A stretch of DNA of 64,000 bases from Marsupella aquatica (taxonomy: Eukaryota; Plantae; Marchantiophyta): NCBI GenBank assembly GCA_973895155.1, contig OZ316893.1:18914857-18978856 (forward strand). Reading direction: 5' to 3'. The translations under genes and the position numbers were made by a program. The stretch's first letter is position 1, and the number at the start of each line of letters is the position of its first letter. The notes under the pieces were generated by a model, which made no database searches, was not told the origin of the DNA, and saw only the letters and a list, made by a program, of their open reading frames with translations. Shown here piece by piece: positions 37,205 to 49,992 of this stretch.

Positions 37205-38305
37205 ATGTATATCAAATTGACAAGAGTTTTGGATATTGACTTCTATTTTGCATTTGATATCTTCAATGTCTATGTATGTCCAATATCTTAGGTGAACATT
37301 ATTGATCAGGTGTCATAGAAATGACATCAAACAAATGTAGATATTTGCACTAATCTATTCTACATTAAATAAACATCAAAATGACCCAAAATGTTTTTAG
37401 TGATGTACATAAATCTGCAACAATTAGCTTCAATGATCATAAACTTAAGAGATCCACAATTAAGGGGAAACACCATGAACACTCATATGGAGATTCAAAC
37501 AACTTCATCTTCCAGATTGCTCCATGGTCCACATGCTATGTTCACATGATCACAGTAAATGCAAGACAGTGGTCACATAGGACTCGGGCAACAGGGCGCA
37601 TAATTGTCATACAACACTTAAGGCATTTCCAGGGACCCACCTCTTTGAATGAATTGAAGAACATCTAATTTATGAAGCAGACAGGAGGACTCAGTCGATC
37701 CATGAACTAAATGGCAGTCTAGACTAGGAACCGCCACTATTGGCAAATTTGGATGTCAGGGGAGACTATTTGGATAGTGGGCCTACATTAATCTGCCCAT
37801 GGAGGGTACTTATGGGATACAAAACCTGGAACACTCATCCACCATATTGTTTTTAGGACGATAGAAGAAAAACAGGCCACCGTTGGAGATGCTGATAGGC
37901 CAGTTTCACACAGCTGATGCCACGTGGAGGTAAGAATTACGATTACCTGCATTTGCTTTTTAGATAATAAAAATTGCCCGTATCATTGTACGGGCCGTTA
38001 TCTATGGACCATACAAACGAACAGTACGTAATAATTAGAGTAGTATTGAAAAGAGCGAGAGTCACAGCTATGGCATCGAGATTCAGGCAGAGGTGCTTCA
38101 GAGAACGAGTGCATTGGTGCCAACAGAGCGGGACAGAAAGCGAATTGAATCATCGAAGCAAGTTTCAGATGGATAGAGGCCGATGAAGGACCCCAATCTT
38201 CATCTACCCACCAGCAACACATTTTTCAAGGGGCGAGAAAGGTATCGACTTACCGACCGACCAGGGGAGCTGGTCTCTGGCAGTGTGGACCAAGAGCTAA
38301 CGACG

Positions 38306-40929
38306 ATGACGAAAAAGAAAGCCCACGTTCTCGTCGTTACCATAGCATTTGCGGGTCATTTCGGCCCGTTTGTGCAGATTCTGTATCATCTCGAAGCCAA
38401 GTACCCGGGCCTTACAGTGACAGTGATGGGGAACAAAGATCGAATCTCGGATCTGATCAACCTGCAGAGCAAGGGCGACCTCAAAAACCTGGACCTGCAC
38501 TTGGAGGAAGTGTTTGGGCCGGTTCCTGTCTATCATGGCGATGCCAGATTTCCAGTTCGGCCGGAGCCCGTTAGCGAGAATAACCTCGCGGAGTGCGAGT
38601 CTTTCAGGAAGAAACTGATAGCGCAGAAACATCTTCCGGGAGGGCCGACGGCTATCATTTCTGATATGTTTCAGTATTGGTCCAAGGTCAGTAGTACTCT
38701 TTGTTTCCGTGCCACCAAACCTATACCATAGCTTCACTAGCTCCGCGCGATCCAACTCCTGATTGGCCTCCCTCGGGAATGTAAACCACTGTCAATGGCG
38801 GGGTCACTGGCCCTTTGCGAGACAGAGCTGGTGCACACATCTAATATCGCGAGTTCATTCTGATATAAGGCCTTTTGGTTCGAAGATTTGTGACATTGTC
38901 GTTGGCCTCTCTCCAGAATGTGAACCACTGGGTCACTGGCCCTTTGCGAGACATAGCTGCTCCACACATCTATTCTTGCGAGTGCACTCTGATATTGGGC
39001 CATTTCGTTCGAAGGTAGTGACATTGTCGTTGGTCCTGGCTCGATCCGATTGTGAAGTCTTCGAGTTTCCTTGAGTAAGAGCGGGAGCAAGAGCAGGAGT
39101 CGATCGGCAACGAACCATTCACTCCGCATGTATGTGGACCATTCACTGAGGAACGCATCTTTCAACAATTTGGTGAAATGAGTACCGGACCATGAAGTTC
39201 ATGTGTTCAGTTGCAGACCAGACTAGTCGACTCACAATCCTTAGCGTACAGTTAACGCCTGCTGCAATGAGGCTGGCATGTATGCTAACTTATATTCTAC
39301 GTGCTTTTATTAACCCGAAGCTTCCTCTGCTAAATTGTGCTCTATTTTCTTCCTTGCTCTTACAATTCGCGAGCTCAATGGCCAAAGGAGTGTGTTTTTC
39401 TTAAACCTTTCAAGCTGAAAAGGTTGCTGACTTGAATTGTGTTGAACAGAAACTGATAGTGCCGGCTCGTCTTACAGGACTTAGCGGATGAGCTGGGCGT
39501 TCCATGGTACACATATTTCTCCGTTTCCCCGTTGTTCGCAGTGACGATTCTTGAGGTTCCCAAGATTTTGAAAGCAGGGATACGTCCTGGCTATCCCGCA
39601 CCGAATATCAACGAGCGCCTCCCTGCAGAAGTCCCCGACCTTACATCGGTACCTGGTCGTACTTTCGTTCGCATTGGAGATTTGCCTGAAGAATTCACAG
39701 GCTGCGAAAAGTACTTCGAGAAAGTCTCAGAGTATAGCATTCGAGCCACAGCTCTTTTGTTGAATACCTCAGAGGAATTGGATTCCCAAGTAGGAGCCGT
39801 GGAAGGCCTCAGGACACTGTTGGATTCTTCCAGAGTTCTAACCCTCGGACCTCAGCTGCAATATCCTGGATTTGGTTTCATTTATGCCCCCTCTGCCTCA
39901 GACAGCAGTTGCCTCGCTTGGCTGGATTCTCATCCTGAGAAGTCAGTGTTGTATATTGCGTTCGGGACCTTGGGATCAATGTCGAGTGAAGAGATCATGG
40001 AATTGGCCGCAGGAGTAGAGGCCAGTGGCGTTCCTTTCTTGTGGGCTCTCAAGATGGGGCCCAAGGCGCTCGAAGAATTGCTTCCCCAAAGCTTTGCAGA
40101 GAGAACTAAAGAGCGAGGCCTCATCGAGACAAGCTGGGTTCCACAGTCCAGGATCTTGTCACATCCGTCCACAGGTGGCTTTTTGAGTCACTGCGGCTGG
40201 AACTCCACTTTGGAAAGCATCTGTGCCGGTGTGCCTTTCATTGCTTGGCCGCTGTCAGCAGACCAGCCCATGAACGCCAGGTTAGTTCTCTTCCCAGTTT
40301 TTGCAGTCACAACTCGCCTTCCCCCTGTTAAAGATTCACTTCGAACAACATTGAAATGAACCATAGTATCCTATCTTGATTATCCTCTGCCATCGACAAT
40401 TCACTGAGTGATGTGTACGTTGAGTGGGGTATCATATGTTGTCCTTCATCTAAAAGTCTGTGGGGCTACTGAATGCTGTCAAACTGAAACAGCACTCCTC
40501 TCTTCGCCTCTGCCATCGACAATCGAGTATTCTGTGCAATTTTGGTACTTATTATGCATGATGAAGACTGACTGAATTTAGGGAAGACAAGTCAATGTGA
40601 AGAATCTCAAATCCTCCAAGCCTAAATGGCACGAGTAGTGATGGAAGTATTTCCAATAACGATTGCTATTCGATGGCAGGTACTTGGCCGATATAAAGAA
40701 GGTGGGGTTTGCATTATGTTATTTGAAGCCCGAAGATCAGGACAGCTTCGAAAATATCACTAGAAGTGAGGTAGAGATGGGTGTGAGAATGCTTATGGTC
40801 GACGAGACCGCGGCTGAAGTGAGGAGGAACATTGCGGAGATGGAGAAATCCGTGGCAGCGGCTGTGGTGGAAGGTGGTTCATCTTATCAAAACCTCCATA
40901 CTTTGCTCGACGAAATTGCCATTGTGTGA
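38306..40929 (+). CDS. Family-1 UDP-glycosyltransferase, 3 exons, 477 aa
   Basis: Exons 38306-38686, 39478-40280 and 40680-40929 (GT-AG, phases consistent). N-terminal HVLVV...GH catalytic His, IISDMF, and PSPG box WVPQSRILSHPSTGGFLSHCGWNSTLESICAGVPFIAWPLSADQ. Confidence 0.93.
38777..39037. repeat. Two-copy ~130-bp diverged duplication in UGT intron 1
   Basis: GGTCACTGGCCCTTTGCGAGACA...CACACATCTA...GTTCGAAG...GTGACATTGTCGTTGG occurs twice. Confidence 0.8.
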
Positions 40930-41339
40930 TCATTTTTAAAAACAATATTAGGCTCCCCGATTTATTCTTAACTACCGTAGGTCAGATTGGACCAATTAAA
41001 CCTCGTTCAGTATTCTGTCCTATTGGGCACCATTAAAAAGTTAGTCCCTTAACGCGGCAGTGTCCTCTTGTCCTCTGTAGTACCTGGATCCACCAGATTC
41101 GCACCCCAAAAAAATAAATAAATAAAAATAAATCATGGGGGAAGTCTTGGACACTTTCCCCTGGTATGAGCAGGTGGTGGTGTGAGCAGGTGGTGGTGTA
41201 AGCATTTCTTAGGCCCTATGCAAGGAGCTTCTAAAACTTTCTGCCCTTTTTCCTTTTTTCTGTTTGATTTGAAATCCATTTTACCCCTTGAAAAATGTAT
41301 TTAATATTTCATTTAAACAGCCACTGTCCACCAGGCTCA

Positions 41340-41508
41340 GGAATGACAAAATAGTGCATCTTTTTACTTCATCCTGGAATGACAAAATAGTGCATCTTTT
41401 TACTTCATTGAGAACATTGTCTACTTATATTAGTAATCTGGATTCACCAGGTTTGGCTTGGGGCCAACATTGTTTACTTATTTTAGTAATCTGGATTCAC
41501 CAGGTTTG
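41340..41508. repeat. Two adjacent short tandem duplications (36-bp and ~52-bp period)
   Basis: GGAATGACAAAATAGTGCATCTTTTTACTTCAT x2 and TTAGTAATCTGGATTCACCAGGTTTG x2. Confidence 0.8.
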
Positions 41509-43155
41509 CCTTAAACCGGCACTCTCTATCATCAAAATGTGGATCCACCACATTGCTTAATATAGGCAAAACTTGAGCTCCGGACATTCCCGACTGTTTT
41601 GGCACAGGTCACTTTTTGGCCCGGGCAGCTGTCCACTTGTCCCAGTGTCCTTACTCGTTTCACGGAGGGCGCAATTTGATGAAGCCTGGGTGGGGCAAGT
41701 CCTCTCACCTATGCTACGCTGTCCAGAGTAGGCAATCATTTTTCTTCTCCCATGTTGCGCGTGTGTCCACAGCAGAATCGATCGATCATTTTCCTCCCCC
41801 AATGTTGCGCAAATGTTCACGAGCCAAAGTTCAGCAATGTCACATGTGGAGTTCAACTTGGCAATTACCATCATTGTGAAGCGAGACCCTTGCTGATCAA
41901 TACAATAAGACCCATCTCACATGTGAAGGGTCGTTACAAATTTGGCCTAAACTTTAGTTAGGTTGTGATATGTATGAAGATGAGTTTTCTGTCGCATCCC
42001 CCTCCTGTGCCAGGCTTGACACCGGTTCGGTTTTTATGGGGTCGAGACCTGCTTCAACTAGAGAAACCCAAGCACCGCAGCGGTAGCGTCTTCCGGGGAA
42101 AGTCCTCCTACCGACGACACAACCCATTTGGACTTTGGCTATGGTTGTGTCGTCGGTAGGAGCTGCCTCTGTTTCTCTCTATTCATAGCTACTGCTGCCA
42201 AAGTCCAAGCGACTTTACATGAATCGAGCAGATGAAGGCAGCTAAGCCCTGATCAAGCTTTTCAGCTACTGTAGGAGCTTTAACTAATTTGGCATTGTTC
42301 ATTTCGTGCACACACATGTGCTGGAAAATATGATCTGTGAAGTATGCAGTTCACTGTTTTTGCTTTGTAGATCATGTAGAGCAGAGTGACTTCTTATCAG
42401 TTCACCCCAACAGAATGTGAAATCCTTGTTGGCTGGAGCGCATTTCAAGTTTGTGTTGATTTTCCTATTAGCTCCCACAATATTTCGTAGTAGTGCTCTC
42501 TAAGGAAATCACACTTGCTGCTATCATGCTCAAGGTAGTCAAAGGAAGTGAACCAGAAATCGGAAAGGAATGAACAATTGAAGAATTGTATAATGCCTTC
42601 AATCGATTGCCAGTTAATTACATCACAAAACTGTTGTTCTAAATTTTCAAACATGCTTCAAACATAAGCCAAATAGAAACCTCCATTCACCATGTCTAAG
42701 TGAATCAACGTCCTCGATGTACAAAATGTTTCGCAATCCCTATGCCGAGCACAAGAGTCAATTGGAATCCTTTTCTCGTAAGTCGTCATAGATAAATGAA
42801 ATATACAGTAAATATTTGGCGTTGTATCAAAATCCCGATCCTAATGTGACACTATGATTGAGTTGGGACGTTCATAGACACGGCGTTGTTCTTACCTGTG
42901 TAGAATTGAAACGGAAAGAGCGACACTACCGATAGAAGTGAAATCGATAGAAATGAGTGGAACTTCTCAATTGTCAACTTCCTGATGTCCCCAAGTAGTA
43001 GAGCAATGCTGCAAAGAGTCTCTGGCACATTAGAGGTGAGGAAGAGCAATAGCCAATGTGAAGTGGAAGTCACAAGAGCTTCAGCCCTAGTGAACTCCTC
43101 TTTATAATAGGAACATGTCATTCTTCCATTCTGTGAGAACTACTTGGCCACTCCT

Positions 43156-43731
43156 TGTCACACCATCGGCCTAGTCCTTAGGCCGATCCTACGTCTAAGA
43201 TGGACACTTCCCTTGTTAGTATTCGGATTCGGGCAGGGAGGGACGTGCGGAGTGCATATAATTCTCCCAGACCTTAGTCGACACGGGGTCGACCCCGGCT
43301 TACGGACTTCTAAGCCTTCGTGTTACCGCCTTCAATCCGGATTCATTAGTACAAGTGCTCAACCCCGGCTCGCAACCCCGTACCCGTAACCTACACCCCG
43401 TGCATGCTTGGCATAACGTGTTCGGCCCGGCATTGATACTTGCACATGAGACTCATACATGCATTCATACATAAACATAAATCTCGATTTACACGAAGGA
43501 ATTGAGGGGAAAGGATTTCATTCATATATGATCATACACTTACGATTGGGTGACCCAACACCTCGTGAATAAATAGGCCCAAGGCCAAGGAGTATACACT
43601 ACAACGGAGCCCGGCTTTGCACTCGCCCGGCAAGCTTAGTCGTATACCCTCCCCTTGGCACTCCGGCACTTCACCGAGTTTGGGACTCCCCGCGCGTACC
43701 GCAAATGGCCAACTTCTGAGTCTAAAATCCC
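43156..43731. mobile_element. Probable truncated LTR fragment
   Basis: Starts abruptly with TGTCACACC (a typical Ty3/Gypsy LTR terminus) with a shift to CpG-rich sequence. It is cut off at the left TIR of the DNA transposon. No partner LTR or TSD seen. Confidence 0.45.
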
Positions 43732-44259
43732 CCCTGGGCCCTCAGTCTTAACTAATACGGGTCGGACGTGCAAACGCTCGAAGGGTGGATTTTATTCATT
43801 TCGAACTAATAATTATAATTGACTTAGAAGACCCCAACCCACAATTCTATTCCTAAATGCAGGTATAAGTAAATAGGTACTTATGAAAGAGCAGGCATCT
43901 TAAATTGCTGGAAGGGTTATTTTTTTCCCGGTGCCACGCTTCATGGTATTAGTGGCCCACTTGTCAACACCTAATTGGATGGAGGAATATGGAAATGTAA
44001 ATACTTGCCTATTCTAAGGCAAATATATGTGTGGTCAAGTTTAACCTTGGCAGGGTTCGGGGTTTGGCAGGGGTTTGGGGATTTAGTGGGGGGGGGTTTA
44101 CTAGTGTGGTGTCCTTTGGGCGGGCTTTTGGGGCTTAGGGTTTTAGAAAGCATTTAACGCAAAGTGCTGGCCATTGGATCCGAGGGAGGGAAGATCTCCA
44201 CCCTCCAATGAGTCAATCCGTGCCCATTAGGAGTTTTGCCTCCCACTCGATAGTGCATT

Positions 44260-44560
44260 CGCGTCCTGATTCCTGGTCACTCTGTTGTCGACCCTCGCCT
44301 GATTCACTATGTCGCCCGCCATTGCTCATCGCTCCGCTCGTCGCTTGTTGCCCTGCTTGAGAGCTTGTCCACCATCGCTCGTCCGCCATCGCTCGTCCAC
44401 CATCGCTTGTCGCTCGTTGCCTTGCTTGAGAGCTTGTCCACCATTGCTCGTCCACAATTGCTCGTCCGCCATCGCTTGTCACTGGTCCAGCATTGCTCTT
44501 CGCTTGTCCACTATTGCTCTTGGCTTGTTCACCATCGCTCCCACCATCGCTCTGTCCCTC
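44260..44560. repeat. Subterminal short-unit repeat array (TCGTCC(G/A)CCATCGCT-like)
   Basis: Many degenerate copies of GTCC(A/G)CCAT(C/T)GCT, plus a duplicated CTTGAGAGCTTGTCCACCAT block. Confidence 0.75.
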
Positions 44561-45179
44561 CAGAGCCCTAATCACTTGCAGGTTTGTGTGGTCGGCTGTC
44601 TTCGGGCCTTGTTTGTACTTGGGTGCCACTGTCTCGCTCTGCCGCCACTGTTCTTGATCATTGCCTCATCTGCTCTTGTTCCCACCCTACGCTCGATCTT
44701 GGCCGCCATCGTTGTTGTTCCCTCTTGCACTCTGCTACTTTTCCGCTCTTGGCCGTCATCATCTCTTAGTGTGCGGCGAAGCTTGGGAGAGAAGGGAAGC
44801 TTGGAGCGGTGAAGCTTGGGAGCGGCGAGGCTACCTAAGGTGCACTCTCTAAACCCTTGTTTTTACTTTGAAGCTGCATTTCTAAATGTGAAATGTTGTG
44901 GACATGTCAATGTCGGGGCCAGAAGGAATGGAATTAAAATCATTCTTGCTTGCAGTGCCTTGTTTATTCTTTGCTTCACGATTCTATGAGGAAATGTTGT
45001 GTTGTTGTCCAATGTGATGGATTGTAATGTAGTTCACTCCCGAGTTCACTAGCATTTAGGACTTGCGGATGTGGGTTTTTTAGATGTAGCTCTCGGCTTG
45101 CCTGCTCACACTGTCATCCGTTAAAGTTCTTGGTCTAAACTTAAGAATGTTTTGTGAACATCTGGGCACAGAAATCCAT

Positions 45180-46210
45180 CCTGGTTTCTTCGGGCATTGG
45201 TGGCTCCATCGATTGGAGGGGACGGCAACAAGACAAGAGGGCCAAAGTTAAGGTGAGATCCCGGGTGAGATATGTTTAGGTGTTCACATTCGTATTTTTT
45301 CTTCAAGTCTTATACTTTTAACTTCTCGGGCCAAACTTAAAATTGGTCTATCAGTGTCTGGGCGCAGGGATTGATCGTTGTTTCTTCCGGCATTGGTGGC
45401 TCCATTAATGTGAGTGGACACCAAGAAGACAAGGTGAGCATCTTGAGCTATGCACATTTGCATGTCTGTTTGTGGTTTTTGCTTTGTTTAGTTATTGGGG
45501 CAAACTTATAAAGTTTTTGTCATTCTGTGGTTGTAGGGGTCCATCTTGTTTTGTGTGGGCATTGGGCGGGGCATTGGGGGCTCCATTGATTGGAGGGGAG
45601 CGCAAACTGAGAAGTAGAATGTGAATATCAGTTACCTCATTTCCATCGGCAGGTTTTTCAGACCCGCAGTTGCAATCCCAATGATTCGATTTTCTTTTGT
45701 GCATCTTGGGCAACGTCGATCGTTGGGGAGCACTCATAAGGCAAGAAGGTGGAAGTGAAGGTGAGCACCCCCGACCTTTGCACATAGACATGTTGTGACC
45801 ATATGTATTTGGCATTTTTAAGTTCTCAGAGTTAATTGTGAATTTTTCTCTGTGGTTTAGGGATCCATTCAGTATTCTTCTTGGCATTGCGGGTTCCATC
45901 ATTTGGAGGGAGAGCGGCGACAAGACAAGAAGGTGGAAGCATATGTGAGCACCCCTGACCTTTACATTTACATTCAACATGTTCACTGTACCATTATTTG
46001 GCCACACACCCTCCCATGAGAGGGATTTCATGTGTAGCAATTGTTTTGCAAAGATTGCTTCTTTTTCTGCAAGCACTTCAATCCTGTGGGTGTCGGTGAT
46101 TGTAGGGGCCGATTGTTGTTTGTTTCGGGCATTGGGGGGCCCCGACTGAGGTGATCCAAGGGATTTCTCTATTTTTTGGCATTGAGGCTCAGTTCATTGG
46201 AGGGAAGGGG
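45180..46210. repeat. Dispersed internal repeat of the DNA transposon (about 5-6 copies)
   Basis: GGCATTGG(T/G)GGCTCCAT...TTGGAGGGGA...CAAGACAAG-like module near 45190, 45388, 45570, 45882, 46127 and 46178. Confidence 0.65.
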
Positions 46211-49200
46211 CCGAAGGTGTGATTGAAGGTGAACTCTTTTCCTTGGCTCTTTCCAAATAGTTACAATAGTGTTTACAGGGAGTGTTTACTTGGATTCTTA
46301 AGGCTTCTATGTTTTGCTTCTGAGCTATCATTCAACTGTTTTAGGGTCCTTTGCTAAAATCAGTCTGAGATAATCAGCACCATCCTAATGAGGTCTGAAC
46401 ATTGTGACAGACGAGTTCTTGGTTGACGATTGATAAACGGGGTGAGCCTCCACAATCTAGAAAGGTCAACCTTCAGACTTGAGGTCGGTAATTCTTTTAG
46501 ATTCTCCCTATGTTGGTTTGTTGTATTCTGTCATGTGTTATAAGGTCTACCGTGCTTAGGTTGACATGAGCTCTTGCAACCTATGAACATTTGCATTTTT
46601 CCTCCATGTAATATGTTTTAGAGCTATTGAGCCAAACACCGTCCTAGGATTGGGATTGTACAGTCGCATGTAGACCAGGTTTATTTGCATAGATTGCTTC
46701 TACAGCGGGTTCTACAGTGCATGTGGTTCAATTCTGTGTGTTTGCAATCTTAAGGGTTGGAATGTTGTCTTTCCAGGCATTGTGCAAGGCATTGCGGAGT
46801 GAAGGACATTGCAGACTGAGGTCATTGCGGGGATTCCTGTGTATTCAAGCGTTGGGGCAACATCTTCGTGCTAGAGAAGTGACTGTCAAGAAACCCGAAA
46901 GGTGGAAGAGAAGGTGAACTCTTTTCCTTGGCTGTTTTCACAAAGTTGTAATGTTTGCCTGATTTGTTAGGCTTTATGCTTTTGCTAGAGGTGCTCTACT
47001 GCATTGTTCAAATCTGTAGTTGTTGATTCATACTGATCTGGTATTTATTGCTTGCGACAGAAGAGTTCTTGGTTGAGGATTACATAGCGGAGTGAGCTTC
47101 GACTTTTGGAAAAGTCAGCCGTGAGACCTTGGTAATTCATTTACATTCTCTCGGTGCTGGTTTTTGGTCTTCCATATTATCTTTGTCTATAGCCGACTGA
47201 TTTATTGCATGTGCTTACATTTTGGGTTTAATGACTCAAATACATCTGATGTGTGCAGGTGGTTGGACTTGGCGTTGTGCAAGTTGTGAATTGAAGTTTA
47301 CAGTCAAAGAGTCTTCTGTTGCTGAGGTAACACAGGGGTACAGCAATGGTAATCACCCGAAGCCAATCAGTAGGTCTTCTTTACGAGAAGGCAGTAAGGC
47401 TTCGTCATAAATTGAGGGCTTTAGGGTTGTTCCGAACGGAGTTACCTGTTACCATCCTTTTGGGGGCTGCTCCTCCCCCTAGGATGATTTGGGTGTCTAT
47501 GTGGGAAAAGTATATGAACCCTGTGTCCATTCTTTTCACGCTTGAGGTAGAAGGCGTACAGTACACTATTGCTGCAGGTTGCATCCATGCTCTGAATGCA
47601 AGATGTCCTGCATGTGATGTACATCATGATGAAGATGTGAAGGACAATGATGTGTTTGCTAGGAAGCGTTGGTGGAAAGTGTGCCAGCTTTGGAACACTG
47701 ACCCCTTTGTGTTAGGAGAGGTAGAGCTTAATGACGGTCACTAGGTAAGTGTGTAGGTACAGCGTTTACGGTCTAGATGGAATTTAGGCCTACACGACCG
47801 CATGGATGGGTCATTTTGTAAAACGTATCTGGTGTTGATCCAACATCAATTTTGGAATTAACTTATCATGTGTTCATCAGTTTCTCAATTCTTATGTCAT
47901 CCTCGGGTTAGGCGATCTGAGTTTCTCACGTTAGAAACTATGATGACAATCCTATCATAGTATCTGCAAGGCATGCCATCAAAATTGATGAGCTGATGGA
48001 CTTGCCGATACTTGAAACTAACACACTGGCATTTTTCCTCCTAGGATTGCAAATGGTGATGGACCTGTGGATGATGAGTTGGCTTGTCTAGCAAACCAAA
48101 GGTAAGGTTTGGTTTCATCTAGTTGCTCAAGTAATGTACTGGATATCTGATTGATGTACAGTTGTGAGTTGAAAAATAATAAGCATTATCGTGATGTTGT
48201 TCTGTGGTTCTAAAACTCTACGATGTTGTTCAGGCATTTGTGTGGTGCATTCTGGGATCGCGAGCACTCTCTTGTGCGGATCTGCCATCTGGACTCCAAG
48301 GTACAGCCAAGCAATATTCTTCCCTGGTGCTTGCTGTCCATGTATTTTGCACTTCTGTTTTCAAAAGATAATGTACAGGGCATTGTGTGTTTCTCAGGTA
48401 AGTTGTCATTTCAGCTTTGTGACTGTTGCTGTAGATTTAGAACTTGTTTGCAGGGCCCATCAAATTAACTAGAGACCATGGGGGAGTAATGCCCCCATTG
48501 GAGACTGCTGGATTTGGTCACTGGCAGTCTAGCGCTCTGTTAATTTTGAAGCAGGTTGCCCAAAAGTATATATAAGGGCTGTTGAGTGCTTCAAGCCTAT
48601 TACATAATTATAGGGCTTGGGTGGTCTAGTCTGGGCTTCTCCAATGCGGTCAATAGTGAGTCTGTGCGGCCCAACCGTGAATTGGAGGAGAGGGATTGGA
48701 GTGTGGGCTTGGCCCCGACCGTACATGGACCTAGCACATTAACTGGGATAGGGACAAGCTCTAAAAGGGACAAGCTTAAATGGCCATGTGCGGATCCCAT
48801 GCTCTCTTGTGCTTACGCCAAAAATGGAATCCTTGCGTGCAAAGGGTACGTCCCTTCCCACCCAAAATTCTCGGAGAAAGCAACAATGGACCTTGCAAAA
48901 GCCAATCACCACGAGAAATGGCCGGGATGGGGCAAGGCCCTCATGGGATTGGTCCATTGGAGGCGGTCTCCACATGTCTGTTGGGCTAGAAGACTCTGTC
49001 GTTTTATATATCCATCTTATCCCTCTTTCTTTCTGTCAATCTAATCACTTTAAGTGACTTATCCTCCGTTCTTCCACACTCATCGCTTTGCAGTAGAACC
49101 TGCTTTGTCTGCTTAATGATAAATAGGAAGTTGACCCTCACGGTGTTGATGGTCATTTTGTATTCTCAAATGTTTGCAGGCCCATGTGAGGTGCATAGGG

Positions 49201-49992
49201 CTCCCGAAGAAGGTGTGGTAGAATGCCGCCCACCCCATTATTTCAAGTAGACTCAGAAGGTGGGGAGCAGAAGCCTGTGTCATCATATAGCTACCTCATA
49301 GGCGAATATTTTGCTGATGTCAGACTAAAGTTGGAGTCAATGTTTGACTTTGACTTTGACTTTATCGATGTCAGTCTCAATACGAGAATGCAAAGAAAAT
49401 GGGAGAAACTCAATCTCATTGAGGATTTTGGGGGGAATATCATTATCATCCTCGTGAATACTAGTGATGCTCCTATTCAGAATGTGCTGATAGTCCCGCA
49501 TCAAGTCCTCCGAAGCAACAATGCCTCAAATGGGCCCTCCTGGACGGAGAGTGATGAGCGTGCCACTTCTCTGATCATGGACGAACCCGAATTGGACCCT
49601 ACTCGAGATTCTGGGGCTCCATCATTTGAGCCTGAGCCTGATCTACAAGTCACCTTTCTGTCAGAAGTGATGTCCAATGATCTTAAGAGAGTATGGACAT
49701 CATCTGTGGAGAAGTTGTTGGCTTACATGGAGTCCATTAAATGTGGTGACCACAAATGGAAGGTCAAAACCTAGGACAAAGACAACCTGCCAAGGGGACA
49801 TCTTGAGTGTTGTGAGTGTGACACTCGGGTGGAGGGGACGTCAAAGGGAGGATTGATGGATAAGACATCCATCAACAATGCTTTCACAAACTATAAGAGC
49901 AAGCATTTGCGCTCATCCAAGCATGCAGCCCGTGTTGCATCAAACAGGGGTGAGAATGTGGACCCACAAGAGATTGGTAGAAGGGCTCTTGC

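Noticed and set aside
44213-44852. ORFs 44213-44629, 44309-44812 and overlapping frames as genes
   Set aside because: They are products of the low-complexity subterminal repeat array and are open on both strands.
48530-49060. Additional small solo LTR nested in the DNA transposon
   Set aside because: It has a TATA-like and promoter-like composition, but I found no TG...CA boundary with a matching TSD.
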